Below the pieces are notes generated by a model. That model ran no database searches. It was not told the DNA's origin and saw nothing but the letters and a program-made list of their open reading frames with translations. From positions 1 through 64,000 of the forward strand of contig CBFGIV010000005.1 of NCBI GenBank assembly GCA_965648915.1: a stretch of DNA of 64,000 bases, read 5' to 3'. The translations under genes were made by a program, and so were the position numbers. Shown here piece after piece: positions 1 through 13,370 of the stretch (positions are counted from its first letter, which is position 1; the number at the start of each line of letters is the position of its first letter). Origin of the DNA: a candidate division WOR-3 bacterium (GTDB taxonomy: Bacteria > Hydrothermota > Tepidihabitantia > SM23-42 > CAYGYG01).

Positions 1-109
1 AACTTACCTGCCTGTCAGGCAGACAGGTCATCTTTTCAGCATATTTCATGGTTTAGCTCCTTTTGTATATTATAGCCATTAGAATTTCCACGACAAGTGG
101 GACACAACC
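1..109 (-). mobile_element. Probable left end of an IS element (IS256-like terminal repeat) with the start of a gene running off the window
   Basis: Minus strand reads GGTTGTGTCCCACTTGTCGTGGAAATT (109-83), resembling IS256-type ends, then TATAAT, SD AAGGAG and ATG at 49 (MKYAEKMTCLPDRQVS...). The adjacent ORF begins abruptly in mid-domain at this junction. Confidence 0.4.
7..27. repeat. 21-bp REP-like imperfect palindrome CCTGCCTGTCAGGCAGACAGG
   Basis: Imperfect inverted repeat; in frame within the minus-strand ORF starting at 49. Confidence 0.5.
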
Positions 110-1243
110 GTTTGATTTACAATTCAAACACAAACTCGATTTTATGGGAGCGGACATACACTGACTATAACAAAGGAGCCTATTTTGTCTCGGTTACTTC
201 GAACCCCTTCTATTGTGTCTATGTTGCTGATAGATGGCAGTCAAAAGTTTGGGTGTTTACGCAAGGGCTTACCGAGTTGTTGTATACTTATGGTGAAAAT
301 GGAACAGGAGTAGGTCAGTTTTGTGAAACTCGAGATATTTGCATCTACAAGGATGAAGTCGCAATCACTGAGATGTGGACTGATAAAACCGGCATTCAAT
401 ATTTCAAGATCGTTCCTGAGATTCGGGATTTTTATGCAACGCCCAATCCTTTTGATGCCACCGAGGAATCTACTCAAATTCATTTCAAGGTATGTGAAAC
501 TGCAGGCTATTTAACATTGAAGGCGGCGGGCAAGACCCTTTTTGAGAATAAATATTACAAACCTGGTTCTTATTCTATCTGGTGGGATGGCCGGGATGGA
601 AGAGATTCTGTTGTTCTGCCAGGCACTGCCCTGCTTGAGATCTATGCCTGGAGTGGACCTGTTGCTTCTGCAGCAGTGGGTGTCAAAGGGACGAAAAAAT
701 CTGGTATCCTCCAGCCAGATGAGCACTGGACCGAGGCGGGTGAGCCCTATGTGCTTGTTGGTGATGTCTTTCTTCCAGATAATGGTCGGTTGACGATTGA
801 CCCAGGGGTTAAGGTAATGCCCAGAGGCAATTTCAGGATTGCGCCCTGGACGTCTTCATATTCGGCATCACTTATCGCCCGCGGTAATCCCCTAAATAAG
901 ATTCTCTTCACTCCCCATCGAAAATTATTGCCGGTGCCGGATCCAGTAGATAGGGGTTTTTGGAAAGGGATAAGGTTTGCATCACAATATGACCCGTCTG
1001 ATTCTTTAATCTTAGAACATTGTCTGATTGAGGCCGCTGGTTCAGATAGTGCGGCAATTTATAGTTCGGATTATGGTCTACGATGTCTCAGGCCGATTAG
1101 TAAAGAGAATAAAAGAGAGGGTCGAACCGGCTGGCCTTTATGAACTTATCTGGAATGCCAAGGCCTTGCCCTGCGGTATTTACTTTATCCGATTTGAGAC
1201 TGCTAAACTCAAGAAGACCAGGAAGGTTATCTTAGTTAAATAG
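97..1243 (+). pseudogene. Disrupted secreted protein: NHL-like repeats, FlgD-Ig-like domain, beta-helix-like segment, out-of-frame C-terminal sorting domain
   Basis: No signal peptide or SD. YVADRW and GTGVGQF are NHL-like; PNPF...WWDGRD is FlgD-Ig-like. The tail (VYDVSGRLV...GIYFIRF...KVILVK) lies in another frame (ORF 1028-1243), junction near 1065-1070. Confidence 0.7.
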
Positions 1244-1357
1244 AGATTGATATTCAAGATTCAGAAAATCGGTCATAAATTTTCCCCCCGGCTTTGCAAA
1301 GAATCTGCTGGGAAAACGATCCCTGTCTGGCGATAACTTAGTCTGTCCCGCCTTTAT

Positions 1358-2365
1358 TTAAACTATCAGCATTGCATCGCCGTAACTGAAGAGGCGGTAG
1401 CGCATCCTTAAGGCCTCTTCATATGCCCTGAATAAAAAGTCTCGTCCTGCAAAGGCGGCGGTCAATAAAAGAGGTGTCCCTTTGGGTAGATGGAAATTGG
1501 TAATGAGCGCATCGACGATCTTAAACCTGTATCCCGGAAAGATAAAAAGATCGGTCCAGCCTTTTTGATTGATTATCTTTCTACCCCGGGATGCCGATTC
1601 CAAGGCACGAACCGAAGAAGTTCCTACCGCAATTATGCGCCGGGCATTTTCGATCTTATCTTTTGCTTCATCATCAATTTCAAAATACTCGGCGGTCATT
1701 TTATGTTTCCGGATATCTTCCTGACGAACCGGCAAGAAGGTGCCTGGCCCGATATGGAGGGTGAGTCGAACGACGGATACGCCCTGGGTCTCGATCTCTT
1801 CTATCAACTCTTTTGTAAAGTGTAAACCTGCGGTTGGTGCAGCAATTGAACCTTCTTTTTCTGCATAGACCGTTTGATAATATTGTTGATCTATCTTCTC
1901 CGGAGGACGCTTTATATAAGCAGGTAAAGGAACTTCTCCGATCTTATCCAGAAGAAAGATAATATTATCATCAACATTAAATCTTACTTTAAAATATCCA
2001 TCTTCGTTTCCGAGGATTTTTGCGTTGATATTATCGGCGATGAGAAGTTCGGTTCCGGGTCTTATGCGTCGGGCAGGTTTGAGCAAACAGTCCCAGAGAT
2101 TTTGATTTAATTCCCGGATCAGGAGAAGTTCAACCCGGCAGCCGGTAGATTTTTTGCCTGAGATGCGCGCGCGTATTACCTTTGTATCATTGAGAACCAG
2201 AGCATCACCGGGTTCGAGATATTCCTTTATTTCATAAAATCTCTTATGCTCGATAGTCTGTGTTGCACGGTTAATAACCATAAGTCTTGCCGATGTCCGA
2301 TCTTCCAATGGGAACTGGGCAACCTGTTCCTCAGGGAATTTGTAATCAAATTCACTGAGTTTCAT
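1358..2365 (-). CDS. queA: S-adenosylmethionine:tRNA ribosyltransferase-isomerase
   Basis: Motifs VLNDTKVI, AAPTAGLHF, TNFHLP, FSYGDAMLI. Confidence 0.97.
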   Translation of the reverse strand: MKLSEFDYKFPEEQVAQFPLEDRTSARLMVINRATQTIEHKRFYEIKEYLEPGDALVLNDTKVIRARISGKKSTGCRVELLLIRELNQNLWDCLLKPARRIRPGTELLIADNINAKILGNEDGYFKVRFNVDDNIIFLLDKIGEVPLPAYIKRPPEKIDQQYYQTVYAEKEGSIAAPTAGLHFTKELIEEIETQGVSVVRLTLHIGPGTFLPVRQEDIRKHKMTAEYFEIDDEAKDKIENARRIIAVGTSSVRALESASRGRKIINQKGWTDLFIFPGYRFKIVDALITNFHLPKGTPLLLTAAFAGRDFLFRAYEEALRMRYRLFSYGDAMLIV

Positions 2366-2574
2366 CTTCGCAACAGGAGATTGAGGATAAAGGTCAGGAT
2401 CAATGATACGATGATGGATGTAGCAATGGGAAAATATAAGGTAAAATTTCTCTTTGTTATAATGATATCACCGGGCAGACGAAAGAGATGTAAACGCGGG
2501 AGAAAGATAAGTAATAATCCAAGGATGATGATGGTTGTGCCCGAGATAATTAGGAGACGGCCAAGAAAGTTCAT
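2362..2574 (-). CDS. DUF2905-like small membrane protein
   Basis: RLPGDI...FYFPI-type motif, two TM segments, ATGA overlap with queA. Confidence 0.85.
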   Translation of the reverse strand: MNFLGRLLIISGTTIIILGLLLIFLPRLHLFRLPGDIIITKRNFTLYFPIATSIIVSLILTFILNLLLRR

Positions 2575-2582
2575 ACAGATTT

Positions 2583-2822
2583 TTAAGATTCTTTGCGGTC
2601 GATGTTAGAATTGAGGAATGCGTCAACCAGGACCTTGGCGTCATCAAAGTCCTCTTCAAAGACTAAAATCTCTCCCCACCCGCCGTGCATCAATTTGGGA
2701 AGACCATCAAGCCAGATATTCTCATAGCGCCGCAATTCATTCGGTATCCCCTCTTCATCGAGGAGCGATTTTATTGATATAGCCATAAATTCGTCAGGGG
2801 CAATATAAAGCTGACGCATCAT
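2583..2822 (-). CDS. DUF2007-like putative signal-transducing protein
   Basis: A..IKSLLDEEGI...ILV.EED...A pattern; start chosen at ATG 2822 (2819 possible). Confidence 0.7.
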   Translation of the reverse strand: MMRQLYIAPDEFMAISIKSLLDEEGIPNELRRYENIWLDGLPKLMHGGWGEILVFEEDFDDAKVLVDAFLNSNIDRKES

Positions 2823-3003
2823 ACCTCTTATTATATTATAATTTAATAATTTTGTCAAATTGTTTGTAAGAAGAATATTTTTTCTTAGCCTTTAATCAGG
2901 GTTTAGGGAATCGGGTTTGAGTCAATAAACTATTGATAAATCAGAACTTATTTTTTTTACCTAAATTCTTTTTTTGAAAATAAAAATATTAAAAAAATAA
3001 TTG

Positions 3004-3078
3004 TTGACTTTTGGTAAAGATTGAATATAATTAAGGCAGTCAGTTGAAGAACAAAAGAAGATTATTGCTCTTTGAAAA
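3004..3078 (+). promoter_or_regulatory. rRNA promoter (TTGACT-16-TATAAT) with AT-rich upstream tract and boxA
   Basis: TTGACT 3004-3009, TATAAT 3026-3031, TGCTCTTTGAAAA at 3066-3078. Confidence 0.85.
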
Positions 3079-3121
3079 CCTAAATCTTTTTCCAGTTTTT
3101 ATGGCGGGAAAAGGGCTCAAG

Positions 3122-6166
<3,045 letters not shown>

Positions 6167-6218
6167 TCCTTTTCCCGCCACTCCATTGAAGAATAGTTAT
6201 TGAGAGTTTGTCAAGAAT

Positions 6219-6336
<118 letters not shown>

Positions 6337-6360
6337 TTTTTAATTTCTGTCTTAATATTA

Positions 6361-6409
6361 GAGGACTTAATATTAGGGAACAGTCCCCTAATGATAAGTC
6401 CTCAAAAAA
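6361..6409. terminator. Long hairpin between 5S and the convergent gene (terminator or REP-like)
   Basis: GAGGACTTA/TAAGTCCTC outer stem, ATTAGGG/CCCTAAT inner stem, followed by an A-run. Confidence 0.55.
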
Positions 6410-6523
6410 TGGGGCTGAAAAAAGACTTTAGTTAAACGCGATCTTCTTTGTAACAACCTTATCCTCGCTCTCACCCCCAGAAATCTGATCGATGCCTTTT
6501 AAGTCTTTCGCTCCATTTTCTGA

Positions 6524-8587
6524 TTACGAGCCTAAAATTTTAAGATTCTCTTTTATTGGCTGGTAATGGGGATCGATTCTTAACCCTTTAATCCATATCT
6601 CTTTAGCCTTTTTGAAATTTTTGAGATAATAGTAGCAGGAACCCAATCGGTTGTAGGTCTCGGCCGAGATCTCAAGTCCATGAGGATATCTTATGGTTAA
6701 TTCGAAATGTCTTGCTGCATTTCTCCAGTCCTGGAAAATGTCCATATAAAAGTTACCCAGGGCATTGCTGATGATGGGTGATGGTGAAAGGCAGACTCTG
6801 TAATAGGATTCAAGGCTGGCAATGAGCCGGTCCCAGTCCTTTCGGGCTATATAGCAATCCGCAAGATTCAAATAGGCAAGGGTAAAGGCCGGGGCAAGAG
6901 ATTTAGATTTATTTAAGTTGAAAATTGCAGAATCGATATCGCCGCGCATCTTATAGATATATCCGAGGTCATTATAGACGCGGTAGTTATCGGGTTTTAA
7001 TTTTAGCGATGCATAGAAGTATTCTATTGCCTGAGTAGTATCTCCGGTTAGATAGTGATAACTCGCCAGATAATAAAATAGCAGATAGGTTGTGGAATCG
7101 ACCGGTTCGTGCAGACCTTTCTGGAAATAGGTATAAGCCTCAGAAAATCGCCTGGCCTCGGTCAGACTATTGCCGATTTGAGCATAGGTCTCGGAGCGGT
7201 CAATTGTATAAGGGTAACTTCCGTGAAAGTATTTAAGCCGGGTTAAGAATATAAGGATTATTAAAAGAGCAAAATAGCGAAAAGTTGATAGCCGAGGTGA
7301 AGTAGTGAGACTTTTTAAATTTTCGATAATGATGACCAGGCAATAAGAGGCAAAGATTATAAGAAGGGGTATGACTGGTAATCGGTAGCGGCCGGCAATA
7401 TGAAAGAGAATGATGGAAAAAGAGTAACTGAAGATTAATAAGAGGAGGAATATTATATATCGACGGTTTCTTATTAACTTCCAGTTCATAAAGCAAAAAA
7501 TAACTGCGGTAAGGCTTAGGGGCAGGACTATGTTCAGTCTGATAATGGGAAATCTGGTAATGATTGAATATTTTTCAAAAAATGGAGCATCAAAGTTGCG
7601 AGGAAATTCGAAGGCGTTAAAGAATAGAACTGCTTTTTTTAATATAATCCAGAACCAGCGGTGAGGATATTTCTTGATAAATTCAAAGGCTTTTTTATAC
7701 CAGAATCTCTGCTGGTCAGCAAAATTGGTTATGCGCGTCTGTTCATAGGGGATCATTACCAGTCGGTCATATTCAGTGCCCGGCCTGAGGCCGACCGTTT
7801 CATTGATATTGGCATTATTCCCGATATAGAAGTTGATACCGCCATTATGCGAGATGAAGACCGATTCGCGGGCGAAAAGGTAATTTCTGCATGTAACCAG
7901 GATTGCCGGCGCAAGGGAAATAAACGCATAAAAGAATAGATATTTCAATTTTATCTTTAAAGCCATTTTTCTAAGTTGATAAAAAAGCCAGATGGATATT
8001 AAGGGCAGGGATATGATGAAATTGGCAAGATTAATAGTTAATAAGCCGAAGGATAGACCGGAGAGGATTAACCAGATAAAACTTTGCTTATTATCACGGC
8101 TCGGCGCCACAAAATTTAAAAGGGAGAAGATACTCAAGAGCAATAGAGATATTGCGAGGATCGGGGGTAATAGTTCGAGGCTGTAATAGATGGCTGGTAT
8201 GTATAATGCATACAGAAGAGCACTCACATAGCCAACAGTTAAACAAAAAATCTTTTTACTAATATAGAAGATAAGAAGGATGTTTATCAGATCGAGAACG
8301 ATCTGGACAATCTTGATCGCGCTTATCGATTTGCCAAAAATCGCAAATACGAATGCGATGAAGTATGAATAGAGGGGAGGGTGAAAATAGGAACCGGGCG
8401 GGCCGAGGAAATTTTTGTTAAGATAATAATTGGCATTATTGACATATTCCCGAGCATCAACGATAGGTAGATCGAAGATCGGATTGTTCTTCTTCATCTC
8501 AAGGTAATTAATCAGGCGCACGAGCAGGGCAAAGAAGAGGATAAGGATCAGTAACTTATGATGGATACCATGTTTTCTTGAAGACAT
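6524..8587 (-). CDS. GT-C fold (family 39/PMT-like) glycosyltransferase with C-terminal TPR repeats
   Basis: Many TM helices, D..EY, HPPLY, NFYIGNN, RYRLP; TPR-like repeats in the last ~220 aa. Confidence 0.85.
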   Translation of the reverse strand: MSSRKHGIHHKLLILILFFALLVRLINYLEMKKNNPIFDLPIVDAREYVNNANYYLNKNFLGPPGSYFHPPLYSYFIAFVFAIFGKSISAIKIVQIVLDLINILLIFYISKKIFCLTVGYVSALLYALYIPAIYYSLELLPPILAISLLLLSIFSLLNFVAPSRDNKQSFIWLILSGLSFGLLTINLANFIISLPLISIWLFYQLRKMALKIKLKYLFFYAFISLAPAILVTCRNYLFARESVFISHNGGINFYIGNNANINETVGLRPGTEYDRLVMIPYEQTRITNFADQQRFWYKKAFEFIKKYPHRWFWIILKKAVLFFNAFEFPRNFDAPFFEKYSIITRFPIIRLNIVLPLSLTAVIFCFMNWKLIRNRRYIIFLLLLIFSYSFSIILFHIAGRYRLPVIPLLIIFASYCLVIIIENLKSLTTSPRLSTFRYFALLIILIFLTRLKYFHGSYPYTIDRSETYAQIGNSLTEARRFSEAYTYFQKGLHEPVDSTTYLLFYYLASYHYLTGDTTQAIEYFYASLKLKPDNYRVYNDLGYIYKMRGDIDSAIFNLNKSKSLAPAFTLAYLNLADCYIARKDWDRLIASLESYYRVCLSPSPIISNALGNFYMDIFQDWRNAARHFELTIRYPHGLEISAETYNRLGSCYYYLKNFKKAKEIWIKGLRIDPHYQPIKENLKILGS

Positions 8588-8628
8588 TTCTATGTAAGTT
8601 TATTGCAGATACAATGGAGTGTAAAAAT

Positions 8629-9303
8629 CTAAACTGCTCGAGGGCCAAAGATCAATGTCCCGATTCTGACCATCGTGCTCCCTTCTTCAATACCGATCTC
8701 AAAATCAGAACTCATTCCCATTGAAAGAACCGGTAATGATAATTTAAATCGCTTAACCAGTTCCTCTCGCAGATTAAAAAGCATTTTAAAAGATTTACGA
8801 GATGCCTCGGGATCTTGAACAGCAAGACCGGGACCTATGGTCATCAGCCCCTGTAAGTTAAGTCTGTTTAATTTTAATATCTCTTCGACCAGTTGGAAAC
8901 TTTCCTCGGGTTTAATACCAAATTTTGTCATTTCGCCCGAGGTATTCACCTCAATCAGGATGGGGACAGGCTTTTGCGCCCTCTTTGCGATTTCCTGAGC
9001 AAGATGTATTGAATCGACACTCTGAATTAGCGAGAATATCTCCAACGCCTTTTTGACTTTGTTTGTCTGGAGATGGCCGATCATATGCCAATCGAGTCCG
9101 GAAATTTGAGGGAATTTCTCCAATGCCTCCTGGACCCGATTTTCGCCGATTATCTTAATGCCGCACGACTGGGCAATTTTAATCTGATCAACCGGGACCC
9201 CTTTGGTGACTGCAACAAGTGTTATCGTTTCTGACTTTCTTCCGGTACGGTAACAGGCATCAGCGATCCTTTCGCTCACCCTCAGAATATTTTCCTGAAT
9301 CAT
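8629..9303 (-). CDS. yggS: PLP homeostasis protein (YggS family)
   Basis: LVAVTK, GENRVQE, WHMIGHLQTNK, LSMGMSSD, VRIGT. Confidence 0.96.
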   Translation of the reverse strand: MIQENILRVSERIADACYRTGRKSETITLVAVTKGVPVDQIKIAQSCGIKIIGENRVQEALEKFPQISGLDWHMIGHLQTNKVKKALEIFSLIQSVDSIHLAQEIAKRAQKPVPILIEVNTSGEMTKFGIKPEESFQLVEEILKLNRLNLQGLMTIGPGLAVQDPEASRKSFKMLFNLREELVKRFKLSLPVLSMGMSSDFEIGIEEGSTMVRIGTLIFGPRAV

Positions 9304-10298
9304 TTTCTTCTCAGTCCAAATATCTCATCAAATTTCAAATGGAGGGTTGGATTCAAAGAAAATTCATAAAGTTCATTACGACTCTTAACTGAGAAGAGCA
9401 TACTGGTTATCAGGGCGCCGAATTTAGGAATGGGAAAGATTCGGGTAAAGGTTAAATTATGCTCATTTACACCCTTAATATACCAGGGATTGAAGGCATA
9501 GTAAATGCTGTTTTTCTGGGTGATAAATCCAATCTTGAAGCGGATCGGACTGTTCTGATCTTCTTCTGACCAGATGCTTCTTTCAACCTGCATAATGCCC
9601 CGGTTGGTCTTTAATGGAAATACCGTGATTAAACCATATCGGTGGGGCTGGCCGATTTTATCCCTTTCGGTCCGCTGGGTTGTAGTATACTTGAGATTTA
9701 AATCAGGACCGATTTCAGCATAACTGTTTATCATTAAATGATCGCCACTGTAGCCTAGACTTCCTCCATATTTAATACCGGTATATTGATAGATTACGGT
9801 ATCGGTGACTGTGTAGCCTGAATTTAAGAGATGGAATTCCCAGAATTCCTGACTCGAACCAAAAAGCGGGATAAAGGATGCCCCGGTTAAAACCTTTTTT
9901 CCCCAAATTTTGACTAGGGTTAATGATGCTTCATTGATACTACCAAGACTTAAAGTATGGCGTTGAAACTGATATTCACCGATAGTATATATTTTTGTGT
10001 AGATATCAAAATTCTGATCGAAGTAAGGAATAAGAGAGAAACGGAACATAGATTGAAATGGTAGGACAAGATTGAGGTTAAAGAAGAAGGGGTTGGTCCA
10101 GAAAGTGCCTCGAGCGGTCTGGTCCTTGTATGCAATATTATAATAGGGGCTGATGCTGAAGACCATAGAACTCCTGGGCTCAGGGGGATAGAAGTTGTAT
10201 CTGAAGGCGCTTAAATCCTCACCCAGATCCCGGGTTGCAAATATCGAGGCTGCCTGCATAAGAGTTGCTAAAAGAAAGATCGATAGCAAGTGCTTCAT
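9300..10298 (-). CDS. Hypothetical exported protein, probable outer-membrane beta-barrel
   Basis: Signal peptide, aromatic-rich alternating strands, ATGA overlaps on both sides. Confidence 0.6.
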   Translation of the reverse strand: MKHLLSIFLLATLMQAASIFATRDLGEDLSAFRYNFYPPEPRSSMVFSISPYYNIAYKDQTARGTFWTNPFFFNLNLVLPFQSMFRFSLIPYFDQNFDIYTKIYTIGEYQFQRHTLSLGSINEASLTLVKIWGKKVLTGASFIPLFGSSQEFWEFHLLNSGYTVTDTVIYQYTGIKYGGSLGYSGDHLMINSYAEIGPDLNLKYTTTQRTERDKIGQPHRYGLITVFPLKTNRGIMQVERSIWSEEDQNSPIRFKIGFITQKNSIYYAFNPWYIKGVNEHNLTFTRIFPIPKFGALITSMLFSVKSRNELYEFSLNPTLHLKFDEIFGLRRK

Positions 10299-11392
10299 CT
10301 TCTTATCCCGGGTGGATTGAGGTAGCCGATCTCAATCTGGACACTTTCGGGCCTGATTTCAAAACGGGAGATATCATAATTTTCCGGATTGATGGTCAGG
10401 AAAAATCCAAAGTTGGAATCTGGTCGATGGGCAATGCGCTGGATGATATTTACGATATCCATCTTATACTGACTGTCGGCTGAGGTGAATTTACCACTAT
10501 TGAGGATAGAAGTAAATTTTGTATCAAAGCCCCGGTATGGTTCGGTAAGGGCACGGGCAACAACCTCAACTGTGTCCCTTAATGAAAAAGCAAACAGTTT
10601 ATTCATCTGTAACTGGCTGTAAATGATTTTTTTGTTTATTAGCGCGGTGTCAGTGGGTAGATAGAAAAAGACCCGGAAGGGGAAACCACCACCGATCCAG
10701 ACCTTTCCATAAGGAGGGAGAGCAAGATGGGTTTTGATGATGTGGGCATCACCACTCAGGGGTATATCATAGCGATCATCACCCTTCTTGTAGGTAAATC
10801 TTAATGACTTACCCCCTTCACGACTATAAAATGTCGTGAAACCGCTCCTGGTCGGAATTAAGATGATACCCGCTCCGTTTTTTAAAGCAAGCAGTTGATC
10901 CCTGGTGAACCTGATGACCACACTGTCGCCGGTGTTGCTTTTGGTAAGAATTGGAGTCGGTTCGTAATCACCACCAGCCTGATTCCATCGAATACTCTGG
11001 TCTGCCATATCCCAGGTAGCATAATCTTCACTCCAGCTGCTGGTAACGATATGGAGATTAAATTCGATGGTGTCATCTTTACTGAACTTCCTTTTATACA
11101 GGGTTATTCTGATATCCTGAAATTCTTCGGATATCGTATCAGGATAAAGGAAATTTAAAAGAATACGTGATTCGTACTCCGGGTTGCGGCCGAGCACCAG
11201 ATTTAAGGATTTTCCCTGAGGTTGGGCTATGAAAGAAGTTTCGAAAGAGTCGATCGAAGTCGTGAAGAATTCTGGATCACCAACACCACGATTACCAAGT
11301 TCATCCTCGCCGAGAGGATTTTTATTACAGGAAAGGAAAGCCAAGAGTGCAAAGAGTAAGATTGCGTAATTTCTTAACATATCGATTACCAA
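10295..11392 (-). CDS. Hypothetical lipoprotein (DNRLRE-like W.E...TW motif)
   Basis: Lipobox FLSC; WSEDYATW...W..AGGD; true start may be a few codons downstream. Confidence 0.65.
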   Translation of the reverse strand: MVIDMLRNYAILLFALLAFLSCNKNPLGEDELGNRGVGDPEFFTTSIDSFETSFIAQPQGKSLNLVLGRNPEYESRILLNFLYPDTISEEFQDIRITLYKRKFSKDDTIEFNLHIVTSSWSEDYATWDMADQSIRWNQAGGDYEPTPILTKSNTGDSVVIRFTRDQLLALKNGAGIILIPTRSGFTTFYSREGGKSLRFTYKKGDDRYDIPLSGDAHIIKTHLALPPYGKVWIGGGFPFRVFFYLPTDTALINKKIIYSQLQMNKLFAFSLRDTVEVVARALTEPYRGFDTKFTSILNSGKFTSADSQYKMDIVNIIQRIAHRPDSNFGFFLTINPENYDISRFEIRPESVQIEIGYLNPPGIRR

Positions 11393-12363
11393 TATAAAAC
11401 GACACTGCCCCAGGTAAATCCAGCACCAAATGCAACCAGCAGTAACTTTGTGCCCGTTTTAACTTTGCCCTGATCGAGCGCCTCTTTTAAGGCAATCGGG
11501 ATTGAGGCGGCTGAGGTATTACCATAACGGTCAAGATTAACAAAGACCTTGGACTGGGGGAGATGGAGCCTTTTAGCAGTTGCATCGATAATACGGATAT
11601 TGGCCTGATGTGTAATCAACAGATCGATGTCTTTAGGTTTCAGCATTGCTTTTTCCAGGACCTTGAGACTTGCTTCGGCCATACTCCGGACCGCCAGTTT
11701 GAAGACTTCATTCCCTTCCATTTTAATCATGTGAAGTCTCTTTTTTACCGTCTCCTCACTTGCGGGCATCCGTGAGCCGCCGGCGGGCATATAGAGATAT
11801 TCACCGAATGAACCGTCAGCAGCAAAATAGGATGCCATTATACCTCGATTCTGGTTGTCGGTTTTCTTAATAATGGCTGCCCCAGCGCCATCACCGAAAA
11901 GGACACAGGTTGACCGATCGGTAAAATCAGTGATTTTGGTCAAACACTCAGCACCGATGACGAGGATATTATCGAGACCGGTTTTTATCAAAGCGTCGGC
12001 AATACCCAGGGCATAAATAAACCCAGTACAGCCGGCAGAAATATCAAAGCACATAACTGGTCTGCTCTCGATCCCGCGCTGGACCAGACAGGCAGTTGAT
12101 GGAAATAGCATATCGGGTGTTGCGGTAGCAACAATAATCGCATTGATATCGCTTACTTCAATACCGGCTGATTCTACTGCCCGTTTGGCGGCAATAATTG
12201 ATATATCCGATGTCGCGGTCTTTTCATCAACAAAGTGCCTTTCTTTAATCCCGGTGCGGGTGGTGATCCATTCATCAGAGGTATCAACTATTTTTTCAAA
12301 GTCTGCGTTGGTCATTACTTTATCCGGGACATAGGTACCGATACCAGCAATATAAGACCTCAG
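11386..12363 (-). CDS. fabH: 3-oxoacyl-ACP synthase III (probable CTG start)
   Basis: DISAGCTGF, HQAN, YGNTSAAS. The conserved N-terminal strand (YIAGIGTYVP) extends 16 codons upstream of the ORF-track start to a CTG preceded by AAGGAGG. Confidence 0.95.
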   Translation of the reverse strand: MRSYIAGIGTYVPDKVMTNADFEKIVDTSDEWITTRTGIKERHFVDEKTATSDISIIAAKRAVESAGIEVSDINAIIVATATPDMLFPSTACLVQRGIESRPVMCFDISAGCTGFIYALGIADALIKTGLDNILVIGAECLTKITDFTDRSTCVLFGDGAGAAIIKKTDNQNRGIMASYFAADGSFGEYLYMPAGGSRMPASEETVKKRLHMIKMEGNEVFKLAVRSMAEASLKVLEKAMLKPKDIDLLITHQANIRIIDATAKRLHLPQSKVFVNLDRYGNTSAASIPIALKEALDQGKVKTGTKLLLVAFGAGFTWGSVVLYW

Positions 12364-13370
12364 TTTTCCTCCTTGGTCGCGGATTGATTTTTTGAGATTG
12401 ATGAGAAGGTCTTTTTTATTTCGGTTATTACTCCATTTTTCACACAGAGTGAGGCAAGTCGGATGGCATTTTTTAATGCCAGGGGTGAAGAGCGTCCGTG
12501 GGCGACAACAACGATACCAGGTAATCCCAACAAGATACCACCACCATATTCTTCATAGTTCATCTTCCTTTTCAGATCGGCGAAGGCAGGCCGAACCAGG
12601 ACCTGTCCCAGTCTTCGGCGAACCGCGGAATCGACTACATCTTTTAACATCTTGGTGAAGACATCGACCATCCCTTCAGCAAATTTTAGAACGATATTCC
12701 CTACAAAACCATCACATACGATAACATCGGCAAAACCTTTCATAATATCACTACCCTCAATATTGCCTATAAAATTGATATTGCTATTTTTCAAATTTAT
12801 ATAAGCCTTCTGAATTGTGTCGTGTCCTTTGATACTCTCTTCACCAATATTGAGCAGGGCTACCCTGGGTCGGACCTTACCCATAACCTTTTCTGAGTAG
12901 ATTACACCCAGCATCGCATACTGGATATAATTTATCGGTTTCAGATGGATATTGGAACCGACATCGAGCATAAATGTATAACCGGTCTCAGTAGGGAAAG
13001 GAACACCAAGAGCAGGTTTATCGACTCCTACCATCCTACCTAATTCAAAAATAGAGAAGGCAAAGATAGCACCGGTATTACCAGCACTAACTACTGCATC
13101 AATCTTGCCTTCTTTCAGAAGCCGGCAGAGGATACCGATGGATGAATTTTTTTTCTGTTTGACTACGACCGAAGGGAGTTCATGCATTCCAACCACCTCA
13201 TCGGCCATAACAAAATCACAACCTAAGGAACTGATCTCGGCTTCAACCTCCCCTTTACCAACGCATAAAATTTCGGTGTCCGGTATCGGCTCTTTCTGTA
13301 AAAGTTTCAGAGTCTCAATTTCCACTTTCGGGGACTGATCGGTCCCCATCAGATCAAAACCGATCTTCAT
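12360..13370 (-). CDS. plsX: Phosphate acyltransferase
   Basis: D.MG.D, SAGNTGA, LLNIGEE..KG, DGFVGN..LK, HGRS. Confidence 0.96.
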   Translation of the reverse strand: MKIGFDLMGTDQSPKVEIETLKLLQKEPIPDTEILCVGKGEVEAEISSLGCDFVMADEVVGMHELPSVVVKQKKNSSIGILCRLLKEGKIDAVVSAGNTGAIFAFSIFELGRMVGVDKPALGVPFPTETGYTFMLDVGSNIHLKPINYIQYAMLGVIYSEKVMGKVRPRVALLNIGEESIKGHDTIQKAYINLKNSNINFIGNIEGSDIMKGFADVIVCDGFVGNIVLKFAEGMVDVFTKMLKDVVDSAVRRRLGQVLVRPAFADLKRKMNYEEYGGGILLGLPGIVVVAHGRSSPLALKNAIRLASLCVKNGVITEIKKTFSSISKNQSATKEEN

